From a candidate division WOR-3 bacterium (GTDB lineage Bacteria; Hydrothermota; Tepidihabitantia; Tepidihabitantales; Tepidihabitantaceae): DNA of 64,000 bases. The stretch spans positions 64,001-128,000 of the forward strand of contig CBFGIT010000004.1 in NCBI GenBank assembly GCA_965648905.1, read 5' to 3'. Positions within the stretch are counted from its first letter, which is position 1; every line of letters starts with the position of its first letter. A program made the position numbers and the translations under genes. Of the stretch, positions 27,848 through 37,926 are shown piece by piece. A model generated the notes under the pieces. It searched no databases. It saw only the letters and a program-made list of their open reading frames with translations, and was not told the origin of the DNA.

Positions 27848-29008
27848 CTACTCGCTCCTCAGCGCTTTGATCGGCTTGGCACGCGCGGCGCGCAGCGCCG
27901 GGTAGAAGCCAGCGACGACCGCGATGCCAAGGACAAATGCCAGCACCAGCAGGAAACTGCCGGGCTCGAGCGCCACCACGCTGCCCCTGGGCGCGAGCGG
28001 CAGGAATCTCTTCACCACATTCTCGATGAGCCGCCCGCCGACCACTGCGAGCCCGAGCCCGCCGGCCCCGCCGAGCAGCGCCAAGATCAGCGTCTCAAGC
28101 CAGACCAGTCCGAAGATGTGCATCTCACTCGCTCCGGTCGCACGCATCACGCCGATATCGCGCGTCCGCTCGAATACCGACATCAGGACGGTATTGAGCA
28201 CGCCGAGAGCCGAGATGACGATGATAATCAGCACGATCGAGAGCAGGAGCGAGCGGGCCGCACCCATCAGGGTCATCATCGTGCCGAGCAACTCGCCCAT
28301 CGTGATTACCTCGGCACCCTTGATGCCTGCGAGCCTGGCCGTGACTGTGGGCGCGTCCTCCGGGTCTTTGAGCCGGATCGAGATCGCGGTCAGCTTGCCC
28401 TCCTGCTTGAACAGCCGCTGCGCGGTCGCGAGCGGGATATGGAAGAACCCGTCGTCCTCGGTACCGGTTGGCGCCAGCCTGCCGACGACGTTGAACGTCG
28501 CATCTTCCTCGGGCAGGTAGAGCTGGTCCCCGACCGACGAAAGCTCGATGAGCGAGACGTCGTGGCCGATGACCACGTCGTCGGGGTGTTCGAGGAACCT
28601 GCCTTCGATTTTCCACCAGTTCTTCAGTCGAAGCGTAGCCGAATCGATGCCGACGTAGATGTCGGTCCGTCCCTCTTCCGGCCGGATAACTCCGCTCATG
28701 AAGCTGGGCGCGGCAAGGTCGATTTCCGGTATCTTGCGTACGTCGTCGAGCACCTCGGCCGGCAGGTAGCTCGGGATCTTGCCGCCCTTGAGGATAAGCG
28801 AAGCAGCCTCGTAGGGACAGCCGACCGGCACGACCATCATGTGGATACCCATGCCCTGAAGTTGAGTCGTGAGCGCCTTCTCATACCCGCGATTGAACGA
28901 GACCAGAGTGAAGAGCACGGCCACCGCCATGATCATGCTTGCCAGAGTCAGGACCGTCCGTGTCCGGTGCGCGAACAGGTTCTTGAAGGCGAACCGGGTG
29001 AAGTTCAC
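27848..29008 (-). CDS. MacB/FtsX-family ABC permease
   Basis: 'VVPVGCPYEAA', 'ERTRDIGVMRATG', 'YPALRAA'. Confidence 0.92.
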   Translation of the reverse strand: MNFTRFAFKNLFAHRTRTVLTLASMIMAVAVLFTLVSFNRGYEKALTTQLQGMGIHMMVVPVGCPYEAASLILKGGKIPSYLPAEVLDDVRKIPEIDLAAPSFMSGVIRPEEGRTDIYVGIDSATLRLKNWWKIEGRFLEHPDDVVIGHDVSLIELSSVGDQLYLPEEDATFNVVGRLAPTGTEDDGFFHIPLATAQRLFKQEGKLTAISIRLKDPEDAPTVTARLAGIKGAEVITMGELLGTMMTLMGAARSLLLSIVLIIIVISALGVLNTVLMSVFERTRDIGVMRATGASEMHIFGLVWLETLILALLGGAGGLGLAVVGGRLIENVVKRFLPLAPRGSVVALEPGSFLLVLAFVLGIAVVAGFYPALRAARAKPIKALRSE

Positions 29009-29619
29009 TGGTCCTTCCCTATCCGGTTCAACCCGAGCTCGTCGTGCACAACCAAGAGCTTACGCACGGCATTGGCCACGGCCTGCGAGGCCTTCTCCGC
29101 TCCCGGAGCCGCAGCCTTCAATCCGGTCCGGTCGTTCGTTCCTCGCCCCTCGTCATTCATCAACCGGAATTCGTCATTCACCCTCATGCCCCTGAATTGT
29201 CCAAGAAATTCCTGGCTGCGCAGCGCCGCCTTGGCCTTCTCCCGGTCGCGTTGGATGCGGACTTCTCTCACTGCGGTTCCGGACTCGGTCGGCACCACTG
29301 CCACGACGACCTCGATTGCCCCGAACTGGCCCTTGCCCGCATGGGTCATCACCGTGCCGACCTGCTTCCCACCTCGATACACCGGAAAGAACTTGAACTG
29401 GGTCTCGTCCGGGTCGAGCGCAAACCCCAGCCGCTTCTCGATGCGCGCGCGCTGTGCCGCGGAGATATCCGCGAACACCGTCCTGTAGCTGCCACCGGAG
29501 CCGAACATGCCCGCGATGTCCGAGTCCGGCTGCCGCCAGACACACAGCGCAGCGGTCACTTGGCCCGCGACGAGCCCAAGCGCCAGGCTAGAAGCGAACC
29601 ACCAGTTGCGTCGCAACAT
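29005..29619 (-). CDS. Exported FMN-binding-domain-like protein
   Basis: 'GKGQFGAIEVVVAV', 'FLGQFRG', 'GAEKASQAVANAV'; signal peptide. Confidence 0.7.
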   Translation of the reverse strand: MLRRNWWFASSLALGLVAGQVTAALCVWRQPDSDIAGMFGSGGSYRTVFADISAAQRARIEKRLGFALDPDETQFKFFPVYRGGKQVGTVMTHAGKGQFGAIEVVVAVVPTESGTAVREVRIQRDREKAKAALRSQEFLGQFRGMRVNDEFRLMNDEGRGTNDRTGLKAAAPGAEKASQAVANAVRKLLVVHDELGLNRIGKDQ

Positions 29620-30571
29620 GCCAGTGCCCTTCGCTGAAGCTCATCACGTCCGACCAGCCGCGCTGGTACAGCGTCTGGAGTTCGAACGCCGATACGTTGG
29701 GCGGGTACAGGTTCAGGCCGAGCGACAGGGTGTTGAGCCGGCCGCCGTCGGCGTGAAACCCGTCGACCTCGACCAGCGGTTCCAGCCAGTTGGCGATGGC
29801 ATAGCGCGCTTCGGCGTAGTAGCCGTACACCGCCGCGACGCCCGTCGACCCGTCGCGGCCGGCCACCGCCTCCAGTCGCAGAGTCAAGGGGCCCCAGTCG
29901 GTTGTGTTGTCTAGACCGAACCGGTATTTTCTCTTGTATGACCGGGGACCCTCAACCTGCGCGACAATGCTGTCGATGTGCCAGTAGGGCAGCGAACCCG
30001 CGAGTCCGCTTGCGCCCAACGTCAGCTCGGCGTCGCCCAACAGAAACCTGGGCGCAACTCGAGCGGTGACGAGTTTGTTGCGGTCGTTGTCCATCCGGTC
30101 CGGTCCGTTGCCGTTGGACAACCATAGTGCATACTGCCATCGCTCGAGCGCGCCCAGCACGCCGACTCCGGGGTCGAGGCGCAGACCCAGAGTCCTGGCG
30201 AATGTCGTCTGAATGACCTGGGTGTGGACGTCATAGTCTGCCAGCAGGCCGAACGGAACTACTGCCTGCCCGACGCGTGCTGTCGGCAGGGACAGGCCGA
30301 GTGGCACCAGCGCGTAGGCCTCACCGAAGTGGAATCCCCTCTGCCAGCCCGACATCACTCCGCTCGCGTAGACCTGCACCACTGCCCTGACGAGGTCCCT
30401 GGTCTCGCTCGTCACCTGCGCTTCGAGGAGTGCCTCGGCCGCCATCAGCTCAAAGCTTGAACCGGTCTGGTCGATCATGAATCGGGGATAGAGCGCTCCG
30501 CCCAGCCGGACGTACGTACCGGCCCAAGTCAGAGCCGCGAGCATGCCGACCACCAGACTAGCTCTGGTCAT
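29588..30571 (-). CDS. Outer-membrane beta-barrel (porin-like)
   Basis: Signal peptide, alternating strands, 'RVGQAVVPFG', 'NGNG..DNDRNK', C-terminal Phe. Confidence 0.7.
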   Translation of the reverse strand: MTRASLVVGMLAALTWAGTYVRLGGALYPRFMIDQTGSSFELMAAEALLEAQVTSETRDLVRAVVQVYASGVMSGWQRGFHFGEAYALVPLGLSLPTARVGQAVVPFGLLADYDVHTQVIQTTFARTLGLRLDPGVGVLGALERWQYALWLSNGNGPDRMDNDRNKLVTARVAPRFLLGDAELTLGASGLAGSLPYWHIDSIVAQVEGPRSYKRKYRFGLDNTTDWGPLTLRLEAVAGRDGSTGVAAVYGYYAEARYAIANWLEPLVEVDGFHADGGRLNTLSLGLNLYPPNVSAFELQTLYQRGWSDVMSFSEGHWHVATQLVVRF

Positions 30572-30701
30572 GCTTCTCTTTCCGCTCCGGTCCGGGGCCG
30601 AGCGACCGCACCAGGAGCACGACCGACACCACTATCAGTACCCCGAACAGCGCCACGACCGTGATGCCGCTAACCCTATGCAGACCATAGAAACCACACA
30701 T
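30558..30701 (-). CDS. Small single-TM protein (47 aa), first gene of the ABC operon
   Basis: MCGFYGLHRVSGITVVALFGVLIVVSVVLLVRSLGPGPERKEKHDQS; overlaps the start of the porin gene. Confidence 0.55.
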   Translation of the reverse strand: MCGFYGLHRVSGITVVALFGVLIVVSVVLLVRSLGPGPERKEKHDQS

Positions 30702-30715
30702 CTCAGATTAGCCTA

Positions 30716-30731
30716 TGCAAGCACCATGCCA
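30716..30731 (-). promoter_or_regulatory. sigma54-type -24/-12 promoter
   Basis: Minus strand reads TGGCATGGTGCTTGCA (GG-N10-GC), 14 nt before ATG30701. Confidence 0.65.
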
Positions 30732-30930
30732 CGCGTCCCCCGACCCGCAAGGCACGCAATTTGCAGCCCCTCCGCGCCAAGGCCGCGCTGGAAGTCAACC
30801 TGGCCTGTGCGCTATGCTACAGTTGTCTGTGGGAAATCAGACAGGAACGCCCGGTGTCGCTACGACAGCCCGTGCTTCTTCATGCGGTGAAGCAGCGTCG
30901 CACGGGAAATGCCCAGCATCTCGGCCAGCA

Positions 30931-31869
30931 TCAGTCCGGCTCATGGCCGGGGTTGATGGTGAGTGAATCGAGGTCGCGGACCGTGGCGTAAGGCACATAG
31001 CCCTTAGCCCGGGCCCGGGCGTAGAAATCGTCGATGTGCTCGGGACGACGCACATAGTCGGTCACGAGCACGAGTCTGCCCGCCTGCCTGAATACGTCAA
31101 GTCCGGCAATCGCGACTGCAGTCTCCCCGGCTGACTTGGGGGCGTCGCCGTCGTACCACACATCTTCCCGGCCGATGCCGGTGACGGTCTGAACATAGTC
31201 CTGATGCCTGGACAGGGCTTCTGCGTTCTGCGGGAACACGCCGAACCCGGCCATTCCCGGCCGACTGCGGGCATGCGCTGCAATCGCCTTGACGAAGTCG
31301 ACCATCTCCGTTTCCGCGGTTGTCCGGTTGAGCCCGCTTTCACCGCCCGGGCCCCAGTACTCATAGGTGTCCACAATATCAAGATACACACCGTCGAACC
31401 CTGCGCCGGTAATCTTGTCCAAGTAGGCGAAGACGACTGACTGCCAGTCCGGGTCCCAATAGCGCACCTTATAGTTACCGAGCCATTCCGGGTTCGAGGG
31501 CCCAAGCCAGGCCGGAGCGCCCGGGTCCGGCTCGCCGTCGTGGTCTTCATCCCAGCTTTCCTGCCAGTACCAGCGGTAGTCTTCTGCCTCGCCGATGCTC
31601 AGATAGGCGAGCACCAGTTTGGGCCCGCCCGGGCCGGACTTCAGAACGGCGACCTGCTCGGCTGAGAGCCTTTGCTCATCGCTGCCGTCGAGCGAGTAGT
31701 CAATCACGCACAGGTCGAAGCACGTGTTGCTCATTGCCTCAATGTCGACGTTCTGCAATTGGTAGGTGAAGTCGTTGACACTCTGCCAGTCAGGCGTACC
31801 CGTCCCTTCGCGGTTACACGCTAGAAACGCGGCCCAAACTGCCATTACACCCGCGCAGCGTATCAGCAT
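30931..31869 (-). CDS. Endo-alpha-1,4-polygalactosaminidase-like (MJ1477/TM1410-type) glycoside hydrolase lipoprotein
   Basis: 'FTYQLQ', 'AYLSIGEAEDYRWYW', 'GNYKVRYW', 'GFDGVYLDIVD', 'PQNAE'. Confidence 0.88.
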   Translation of the reverse strand: MLIRCAGVMAVWAAFLACNREGTGTPDWQSVNDFTYQLQNVDIEAMSNTCFDLCVIDYSLDGSDEQRLSAEQVAVLKSGPGGPKLVLAYLSIGEAEDYRWYWQESWDEDHDGEPDPGAPAWLGPSNPEWLGNYKVRYWDPDWQSVVFAYLDKITGAGFDGVYLDIVDTYEYWGPGGESGLNRTTAETEMVDFVKAIAAHARSRPGMAGFGVFPQNAEALSRHQDYVQTVTGIGREDVWYDGDAPKSAGETAVAIAGLDVFRQAGRLVLVTDYVRRPEHIDDFYARARAKGYVPYATVRDLDSLTINPGHEPD

Positions 31870-32810
31870 ACGTCCTGCTCCTTCGGTCCACTGGTCTGCG
31901 CAGCCACGAGCAGCAGGTTCAGCACGGCCAGCACGATGAACCCGGCAAGTCCGGACACGCCGGCAAGCAGGTCGCTTCCCCCGGTCGTCATCAACAGCGC
32001 GAAACCGCGGAACGCGTTGAATGAGCCGTGGAACACAGCAGCCGCGATAACCGAGCCGGTTCTGATTCTGATGAAGCTGAAAAGTGGAGCAAGCAGCATG
32101 CACCACAGGGTCATCATCCCGACGCCGGCAACCGGATGCGACGGGTAGTTCAACCCCTGCAGTACCAAGGGCATATGCCACACGCCCCAGATGAACCCGA
32201 TGAGCCAGGACGCACGCCAGAAACCGAACCCTGAGAGTTCGTGCCAGAGAAACCCACGCCACCCGAGTTCCTCGCCAAACCCGGCAACGGCATTGATGGT
32301 CACGCCTGCAACAAGCCCTTGGCCCAGAAGCAGCCAGAACGGATGCACAGGCAGACGGCTGAGCGCAGCACGCATCTCGTTCACCCGCTCGGGCGGGAGG
32401 ATAGCGCTGAAGCGCTCGAACAGACCAGCCATCTCGGTCGAGAAGCGAATTCCTGGCAGCAAAATGCTCACGCCGAGTGCGGCAAGGGTAATGCCGAGCG
32501 GGCCAAGCCACGCAGCCAGCCACCACCAGTTGAGCCTGAAACTGAGTCCGAGCGGTTCGACAACCGGCTCACGCCGCACGTGCCGCTGCACGACCAACGC
32601 GGCAACCATCGGCACCATCATGTAAGGCACGCCGACCGCGGCAGACAGCACATCACCTGTCAGCCTGCCACCGAGCAATCGGAACGCGCCGGCAAGAAAC
32701 CAGCTCCCGCCAAAGGCAATCAAGAGGTAGAACCCGACCGCACGCCAGTCAGGACCCCGCGCCGCACCTTCAGCTATCCCGCACTGCCCTGAACAAGACC
32801 GCGTGCTCAT
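31863..32810 (-). CDS. CPBP (CAAX-like) intramembrane metalloprotease
   Basis: 'FGEELGWRG', 'WGVWH', 'FHGSFN'. Confidence 0.9.
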   Translation of the reverse strand: MSTRSCSGQCGIAEGAARGPDWRAVGFYLLIAFGGSWFLAGAFRLLGGRLTGDVLSAAVGVPYMMVPMVAALVVQRHVRREPVVEPLGLSFRLNWWWLAAWLGPLGITLAALGVSILLPGIRFSTEMAGLFERFSAILPPERVNEMRAALSRLPVHPFWLLLGQGLVAGVTINAVAGFGEELGWRGFLWHELSGFGFWRASWLIGFIWGVWHMPLVLQGLNYPSHPVAGVGMMTLWCMLLAPLFSFIRIRTGSVIAAAVFHGSFNAFRGFALLMTTGGSDLLAGVSGLAGFIVLAVLNLLLVAAQTSGPKEQDVC

Positions 32811-33029
32811 TATGCCGGATGATACAAAGGGGCGCGACGATGTCAAACCGCGGCTCGACGTGGCGGGCGCTGCCCGAGCGCAGGCGGCGGCAGAAACCAC
32901 ACTTCCGGCCGCTTCACTCGCGCCCCTGGCTGCGCAGCGGCCCTCGCATCCCCTTGCCGACCTTGTGGCCGAGCAGCGCATGACTGACCCGGCGTCATCC
33001 GTGGTGCTCGGCTAGGCGCAGGGTCAGGC

Positions 33030-33225
33030 CCTGGTGCGAACCCAAGACATGGCCATGCGTGGAATGCTCGCCCCAGCAGCAGACACAGATGTGCTCCAAG
33101 CGCCGGGAACTGGAACAACCCTAGCCGCAACCCAAGCCACTGGGGGAGTGGGGGTCCAGTCTGCAGCCATTTCCGACAACAGATTGCCAATTAGCGACTT
33201 AGGTTCGGTCTGGGGGGTGTGGGCG
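33030..33225. repeat. Degenerate 12-mer array with a terminal ACTTAG..GGTCTGGGGGG motif
   Basis: Units such as cagcagacacag, atgtgctccaag, gaacaaccctag, ccgcaacccaag, ccactgggggag. Confidence 0.5.
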
Positions 33226-33569
33226 TCTTGCTTGATCAAGCAACTTCCACGCTGGTCCTGGAAGCACTGAGGGGCCTTTCGCCGTTCGCCTCTCGCTCCC
33301 CGCCATTCTGCAACCTAACCCTTGTGCTTTGAGCTTTGACTTGCGTGCCCTGAAAGCACTGCGTCTTCTCCTCTGCTTGACACGCCGGGCCCGGGCATCT
33401 ATCATGACCGCGTGACCGAAACAGAAAGACGGCGATGGACGGCAGCCGGGCCGACGATGCCGGCTGGCGTCAATAGCACCGTAATGCGTCCCGGAATTCG
33501 CGAAATCCCATCGCCGAACGCGGGATGACCTTCGTGAAGTGTCCAGCTAGTACCTGAAGGAGCAGTTCA

Positions 33570-34364
33570 ATGCCTATAGCCAAGGTGAAGAGAGCTGATG
33601 GCTTCCATTGCTTCTTCTGCAACGCCAGCGTCGAAGGTGATGCAACTCTCTGCCCCGGATGCGGCAAGGAACTCCTCCCGGCGGACGAGGCACGTGAGGA
33701 TATCCCTCCTGCGACCAGTGTCAGTCGGGCCGCTGTCGTCCGGAAACAGAAGCTAGCTTGGTGCGTTCACTGCCACAAGAGTGTCAGCCCCGCGGCCGAG
33801 GTCTGCCCTCACTGCGGACAGCCCAGCCCGGCATCGACCGAGATGCACTGGTCGACGGCAGCCAGGCTCATCAGCGGTTGCCTCCTTGCCTTGGGACTGA
33901 TTGTCTTGGGAGTATCAGCCCTTCTGTGGGGCAAGTCATGCAGTGCGCTAGCCAACCAGAAGCAGGCGGTCTACGTCAAGGACGTCACGGCCTACAAGGA
34001 AGGCTCCGGCGGACTCATGGTCTACTTCGTCCTAGCTGACGCGGACGGTGCGATGACCACTTCCGACGGGACAGTCACTCTTGTCATAACGCAGACCCGC
34101 ATAAGCCTAGACCCAAACAACTACCGAACAAGGGAGACCGACGAGGTCTTGTACTCGACCAGCTTCAGAGTCCGGAAGAACGACTTCAGGAGAACCAAGA
34201 TCGGTCTTGGCGCGTTCGCTCGTGACGGGACGCTTTATCCAGTCGGACGCATCACGTATTCTGCCTTCAGCAAGTACCCGTCTGAACTCACAGGGAAAGT
34301 CAGGATGTGGTTTCAGACGGCGGACGGCCGTACCTTGGAAGGGGAAGGGAGTGTTATCTTCTAG
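33570..34364 (+). CDS. Double zinc-ribbon membrane protein
   Basis: CFFC..CPGCG and CVHC..CPHCG, followed by a TM helix; SD AAGGAG. Confidence 0.8.
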   Translation: MPIAKVKRADGFHCFFCNASVEGDATLCPGCGKELLPADEAREDIPPATSVSRAAVVRKQKLAWCVHCHKSVSPAAEVCPHCGQPSPASTEMHWSTAARLISGCLLALGLIVLGVSALLWGKSCSALANQKQAVYVKDVTAYKEGSGGLMVYFVLADADGAMTTSDGTVTLVITQTRISLDPNNYRTRETDEVLYSTSFRVRKNDFRRTKIGLGAFARDGTLYPVGRITYSAFSKYPSELTGKVRMWFQTADGRTLEGEGSVIF

Positions 34365-34642
34365 CGGGGGACACGTTTGATGTCAATCCGTGCGCTAGCC
34401 ACTCTTCTCTGCGACCGGGCTGACGATGGCATCGGCCCGGTTCTTTGCTGTCCCGTCTCTCTCGGTAGGTTGACGGCGCTGCGGGCACGTGGCGCCGGCA
34501 GTTAACAGACAAACGGGCGAAGCCAGAGGCTAAAGGCGAGAGCGCAGAGCAAGAACAGGCAGAAATGAGTCAAGCGCCAGAGGCCAAAGGCCAAAGCAGT
34601 GACATGACGGCGGGCGAGGGCAGCAGGACCGGAGCGCGGTCG

Positions 34643-36898
34643 CTAGGTCTCGAGCAGCATCTTCATCAGGTTCGGCACGCCGTGGCCTTGATGGTACCGG
34701 TCACGGCCGATGTCGGTGCAGGTGCGCAGGAGTATCTCCTTGACTTCGTCGGGCCGGCCAATGAACTCCTTTCGGACCGAGAGGAATGCGGCGAGCAGGC
34801 CGGAGACGTGCGGCGCGGCCATGCTCGTGCCGCTCTCGGTGCGGTAGTAGCTGGCCGGATTCCCGGCCCGCAAGTGCGAGTCGCAGGAAAGAATTCTCTC
34901 GCCCGGCGCGACGACGTCGGGCTTGACGCGGCCGTCCGAAGTGGGGCCGCGCGAGGAGAACGCCGACACGCCGTAGAGGTGCGGACTGTCGGCACTGACC
35001 GAGCCGACCGCGATGCATTCTTCAAGGTTGGCCGGGTCGCCGATTGACATCGGGCTGTTGAGTTCGACCGAGCCGTCCGGGGTGTTCACCTCGACCTGAC
35101 CTTCGTTGCCGCTGGCGACGACCACGAGCACGCCCGAGCGCCAGAGCCGTCTTAGCTCGGCGCAGATCGGGGTGAAGCCGCAGCCGTACACCGTGCTGTC
35201 GTACGGCCCGCCCAGACTCAGATTCAGGCCGTGGACATGGACCGAGGACATGTTCTCGTTCTGTTCGGCAATGTGGTCCAGTGCCTTGATAATCCAGGCG
35301 TCTTCGCCCGCGCCGTTGTCGTCCAGTACCTTGTAGACCACGAGTTTCGCCTCGGGCGCGATGCCGCTGGGCGTGCCCTTGTCGGACGCACCCGCGATGA
35401 TGCCGGCGACGTGAGTTCCGTGGCCTTCGTGGTCGCGTTCGTCCGGCAATGGTCTGGGCCGGCCCGGCCTGGTGCAGTCCCAGACTTCGATGATGTTGGC
35501 ATGCGGTCGGAAGTGGGGATGGTCGCGTCGAACCCCGGTGTCGAGAACGGCCCAGGTGATGCCGCGGCCGAAGGCACGGTAGCTGGCCCAGGCCGCGTCG
35601 GCCTGAATGACCCGGCACGAGCGGGTCAGCAGCTTGCGCTTGACGTTGCTCTTCCACATCCGGTAGATGCGCAGGCCGCGGTAGTTGTGGGCTACTTCGC
35701 TCAACTCCTGCGGGGTGAGCGACGCGGAGACGAACCGGCGCAGTCGGTCAATCCGTGCGGCCTCGACCCCTTTCCGGCCGGACTGCTGTTCGACGATCTT
35801 CTCGATTTCGGACGCTGCGTGCTCGACGCGCACGGCAAGGCTCGGGGAACCAGCGGCTTCCTGCTGTTCACGCGCCTGAACCTGAGCCTCGTCTTCGTCC
35901 AGGGCCTGAGCTCCGGGCTCGAGGATTTCAACCAACACCGAGTGACGCGCCTCAACCGCCAGGTCTGCGGCCAAGTCTCGGGCGACGAGGAACCGAGCGC
36001 GTGTGTCGTAGCGGACGGCACGGTGGACGACCTCGCGTACCTCGGGCAGGGCCAGATAGCCTGAAGCCGCGTGGGGATTGAATCCCTCAAGGCGCCGGGC
36101 CCTGAGGTTGCTGACAATCCGGTCGGTGATGAAACCGCCGGGCCGGAAGTCGTTACTCAGTCCTTTGTCCATCGCCACCGGGTCGAACCGGTCGGCGAAA
36201 TTGTGCCATTGCGCCACACCGGCCGGGACTTTGAGCGGGCAGGAGAGGAAGTCCTGGACTTCGGTGATGCCCAGGGGCGAGCCAATGGTGACGAGCTGGT
36301 TGACCGTCACCGGTGAGCGCTCGGCCAGCACTTCGAGCGTGATAATTGTCCCCTGGCTGTGGGCGACAATTGTCACCGGCTCATGCAGGTTCTTCAGCAC
36401 GTCAATCAGGACCTTGCGCGCCCGGTCTCTCACACCCGGCTTGAAGAAGTAGGCAGCCGTGTCCTTGACAAAGCGTTCGAGAAACGCCCGGGCCAGAGGC
36501 CGGCGCCAGGCGGCGGGCAGGGGCAGGATTCTCTTCTGCACGCCCGCGGCCCGGACGCCGCCCGACTCAGGAATCTGAACCCCGAGCCGGGATGCCAGGG
36601 CGCGGGAGAACCGCTGGATGTCGTCGTTCTCTTCGGCGAGTCCGGCTTCGCGCAGCAGCGCGTCAATGTCGAACCTTGAATCGGAGCGGACCGTCTTGGT
36701 GCTGACTGCGGGTCCGCCCGGATGGAGGATATCGGCCCAGTAGGCCAGCTTCGTCTGCGAGCCCATCTCCCGGCCGAACAGGGCCAGGTCCCACTCGCGC
36801 TTCAGCACATCGGGTGCCGCTTGCGCCCCGATGCCGTGGACGTACACGACGAGCTGGTGCCCGCCGTCACTACTTGCCTTGGCGCTCTTCTTGCTCAT
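34643..36898 (-). CDS. Alpha/beta-hydrolase fused to an S8 (subtilisin-like) peptidase
   Basis: N-terminal 'YVHGIG', 'AHSQG', 'TIGSPLG', 'DRFDPV', 'NPH'; C-terminal 'VLDTG', 'HGTHVAG', 'SSRGPT', 'GTSMAAPHVSG'. Confidence 0.88.
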   Translation of the reverse strand: MSKKSAKASSDGGHQLVVYVHGIGAQAAPDVLKREWDLALFGREMGSQTKLAYWADILHPGGPAVSTKTVRSDSRFDIDALLREAGLAEENDDIQRFSRALASRLGVQIPESGGVRAAGVQKRILPLPAAWRRPLARAFLERFVKDTAAYFFKPGVRDRARKVLIDVLKNLHEPVTIVAHSQGTIITLEVLAERSPVTVNQLVTIGSPLGITEVQDFLSCPLKVPAGVAQWHNFADRFDPVAMDKGLSNDFRPGGFITDRIVSNLRARRLEGFNPHAASGYLALPEVREVVHRAVRYDTRARFLVARDLAADLAVEARHSVLVEILEPGAQALDEDEAQVQAREQQEAAGSPSLAVRVEHAASEIEKIVEQQSGRKGVEAARIDRLRRFVSASLTPQELSEVAHNYRGLRIYRMWKSNVKRKLLTRSCRVIQADAAWASYRAFGRGITWAVLDTGVRRDHPHFRPHANIIEVWDCTRPGRPRPLPDERDHEGHGTHVAGIIAGASDKGTPSGIAPEAKLVVYKVLDDNGAGEDAWIIKALDHIAEQNENMSSVHVHGLNLSLGGPYDSTVYGCGFTPICAELRRLWRSGVLVVVASGNEGQVEVNTPDGSVELNSPMSIGDPANLEECIAVGSVSADSPHLYGVSAFSSRGPTSDGRVKPDVVAPGERILSCDSHLRAGNPASYYRTESGTSMAAPHVSGLLAAFLSVRKEFIGRPDEVKEILLRTCTDIGRDRYHQGHGVPNLMKMLLET

Positions 36899-37141
36899 CT
36901 CATCGTCTCCTTCTTCAGAACAGGCACTTGCCGCCCGGCGTTGCGGTGCGACTGCCTGGACTGGCTGGTCGAACCATTGCTCGCCCGCACGCAGATGCTG
37001 ACCACAGGAACAATCTAGCGCTGTCGTTCCCGAAGTCAAGCGTAGCCAGATGACGACTGCGCACGCTTGCAGTACAATGTGTTGTGGTCTCAGAGAACGT
37101 CAACGGGCTGCGGGCTGCCCAGCGACTTGAAAGGAGCAAGT

Positions 37142-37888
37142 GTGAGGAATCTACGAGCGTGGTGCTTCCTGGCAGTTGGTCTCAGCTCGGTCGGAGCGAC
37201 CGTGAATCCGCGTGACTCAGGACAGCTCAACCTGCTGCCCGAGCGCCACACGGTGCTCAAGACAGTGAAACTGCCTGAGCCCGTTGCCGACGGCAAAGTG
37301 TCGGTCGAGGCGGCGCTCAAGGCGCGGCGCTCGGTTCGCCAGTACGGCAAGGCCGGGCTCAGCCTGGCCCAAGTGTCGCAACTGCTTTGGGCCGCGTACG
37401 GCGTGAGCAAGCCGGTGCCCGAGGTCGCAGCGCTGGGCGGCGGACTCCGGACCGCGCCTTCGGCCGGCGCCTGCTACCCGCTTGAGGTCTATCTGGTCGC
37501 AGGCAAAGTTACCGGTCTCGAGGCAGGCATATATCGCTATGAGCCGGCAACGCACGAGCTGCAACAGCTCGCCCGCGGCGACAAGCGTGCGGCCTTGTGT
37601 GAGGCGTCGTGGAACCAGGCATTTGTCAAGGCTGCGCCCGCGTCGATTGTCTACTCGGCAGTGTACGAGCGTACCACCCGGCGCTACGGCGCGCGCGGCC
37701 GGGACCGCTATGTCTGCATGGACCTTGGCCACTCAGCCGAGAACGTCTATCTCCAGTGCGTGGCGCTGGGACTGGGGACCTGTGCGGTCGGCGCGTTCTC
37801 GGACGACGACGTGCGGCAGGTCATGGGGCTGACCCGGTCTGAGGAACCGCTCTACATCATGCCCGTGGGTCGGCTGGTTGAGGAATGA
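37142..37888 (+). CDS. SagB/ThcOx-family nitroreductase-like dehydrogenase
   Basis: 'RRSVRQY', 'SQLLWAA', 'RTAPSAGACYPLEVY', 'GHSAENVYL', 'VGAFSDD'. Confidence 0.9.
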   Translation: MRNLRAWCFLAVGLSSVGATVNPRDSGQLNLLPERHTVLKTVKLPEPVADGKVSVEAALKARRSVRQYGKAGLSLAQVSQLLWAAYGVSKPVPEVAALGGGLRTAPSAGACYPLEVYLVAGKVTGLEAGIYRYEPATHELQQLARGDKRAALCEASWNQAFVKAAPASIVYSAVYERTTRRYGARGRDRYVCMDLGHSAENVYLQCVALGLGTCAVGAFSDDDVRQVMGLTRSEEPLYIMPVGRLVEE

Positions 37889-37926
37889 CCAAGCCAGCCG
37901 CCCTTCGCCGTGCGCTGCGCTGCCGG

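Noticed and set aside
28118..29488. 456-aa plus-strand ORF
   Set aside because: Antisense shadow of the permease and FMN-binding genes
31870..32526. N-terminal extension of the glycoside hydrolase ORF
   Set aside because: Overlaps the CPBP gene; the lipoprotein signal starts at 31869
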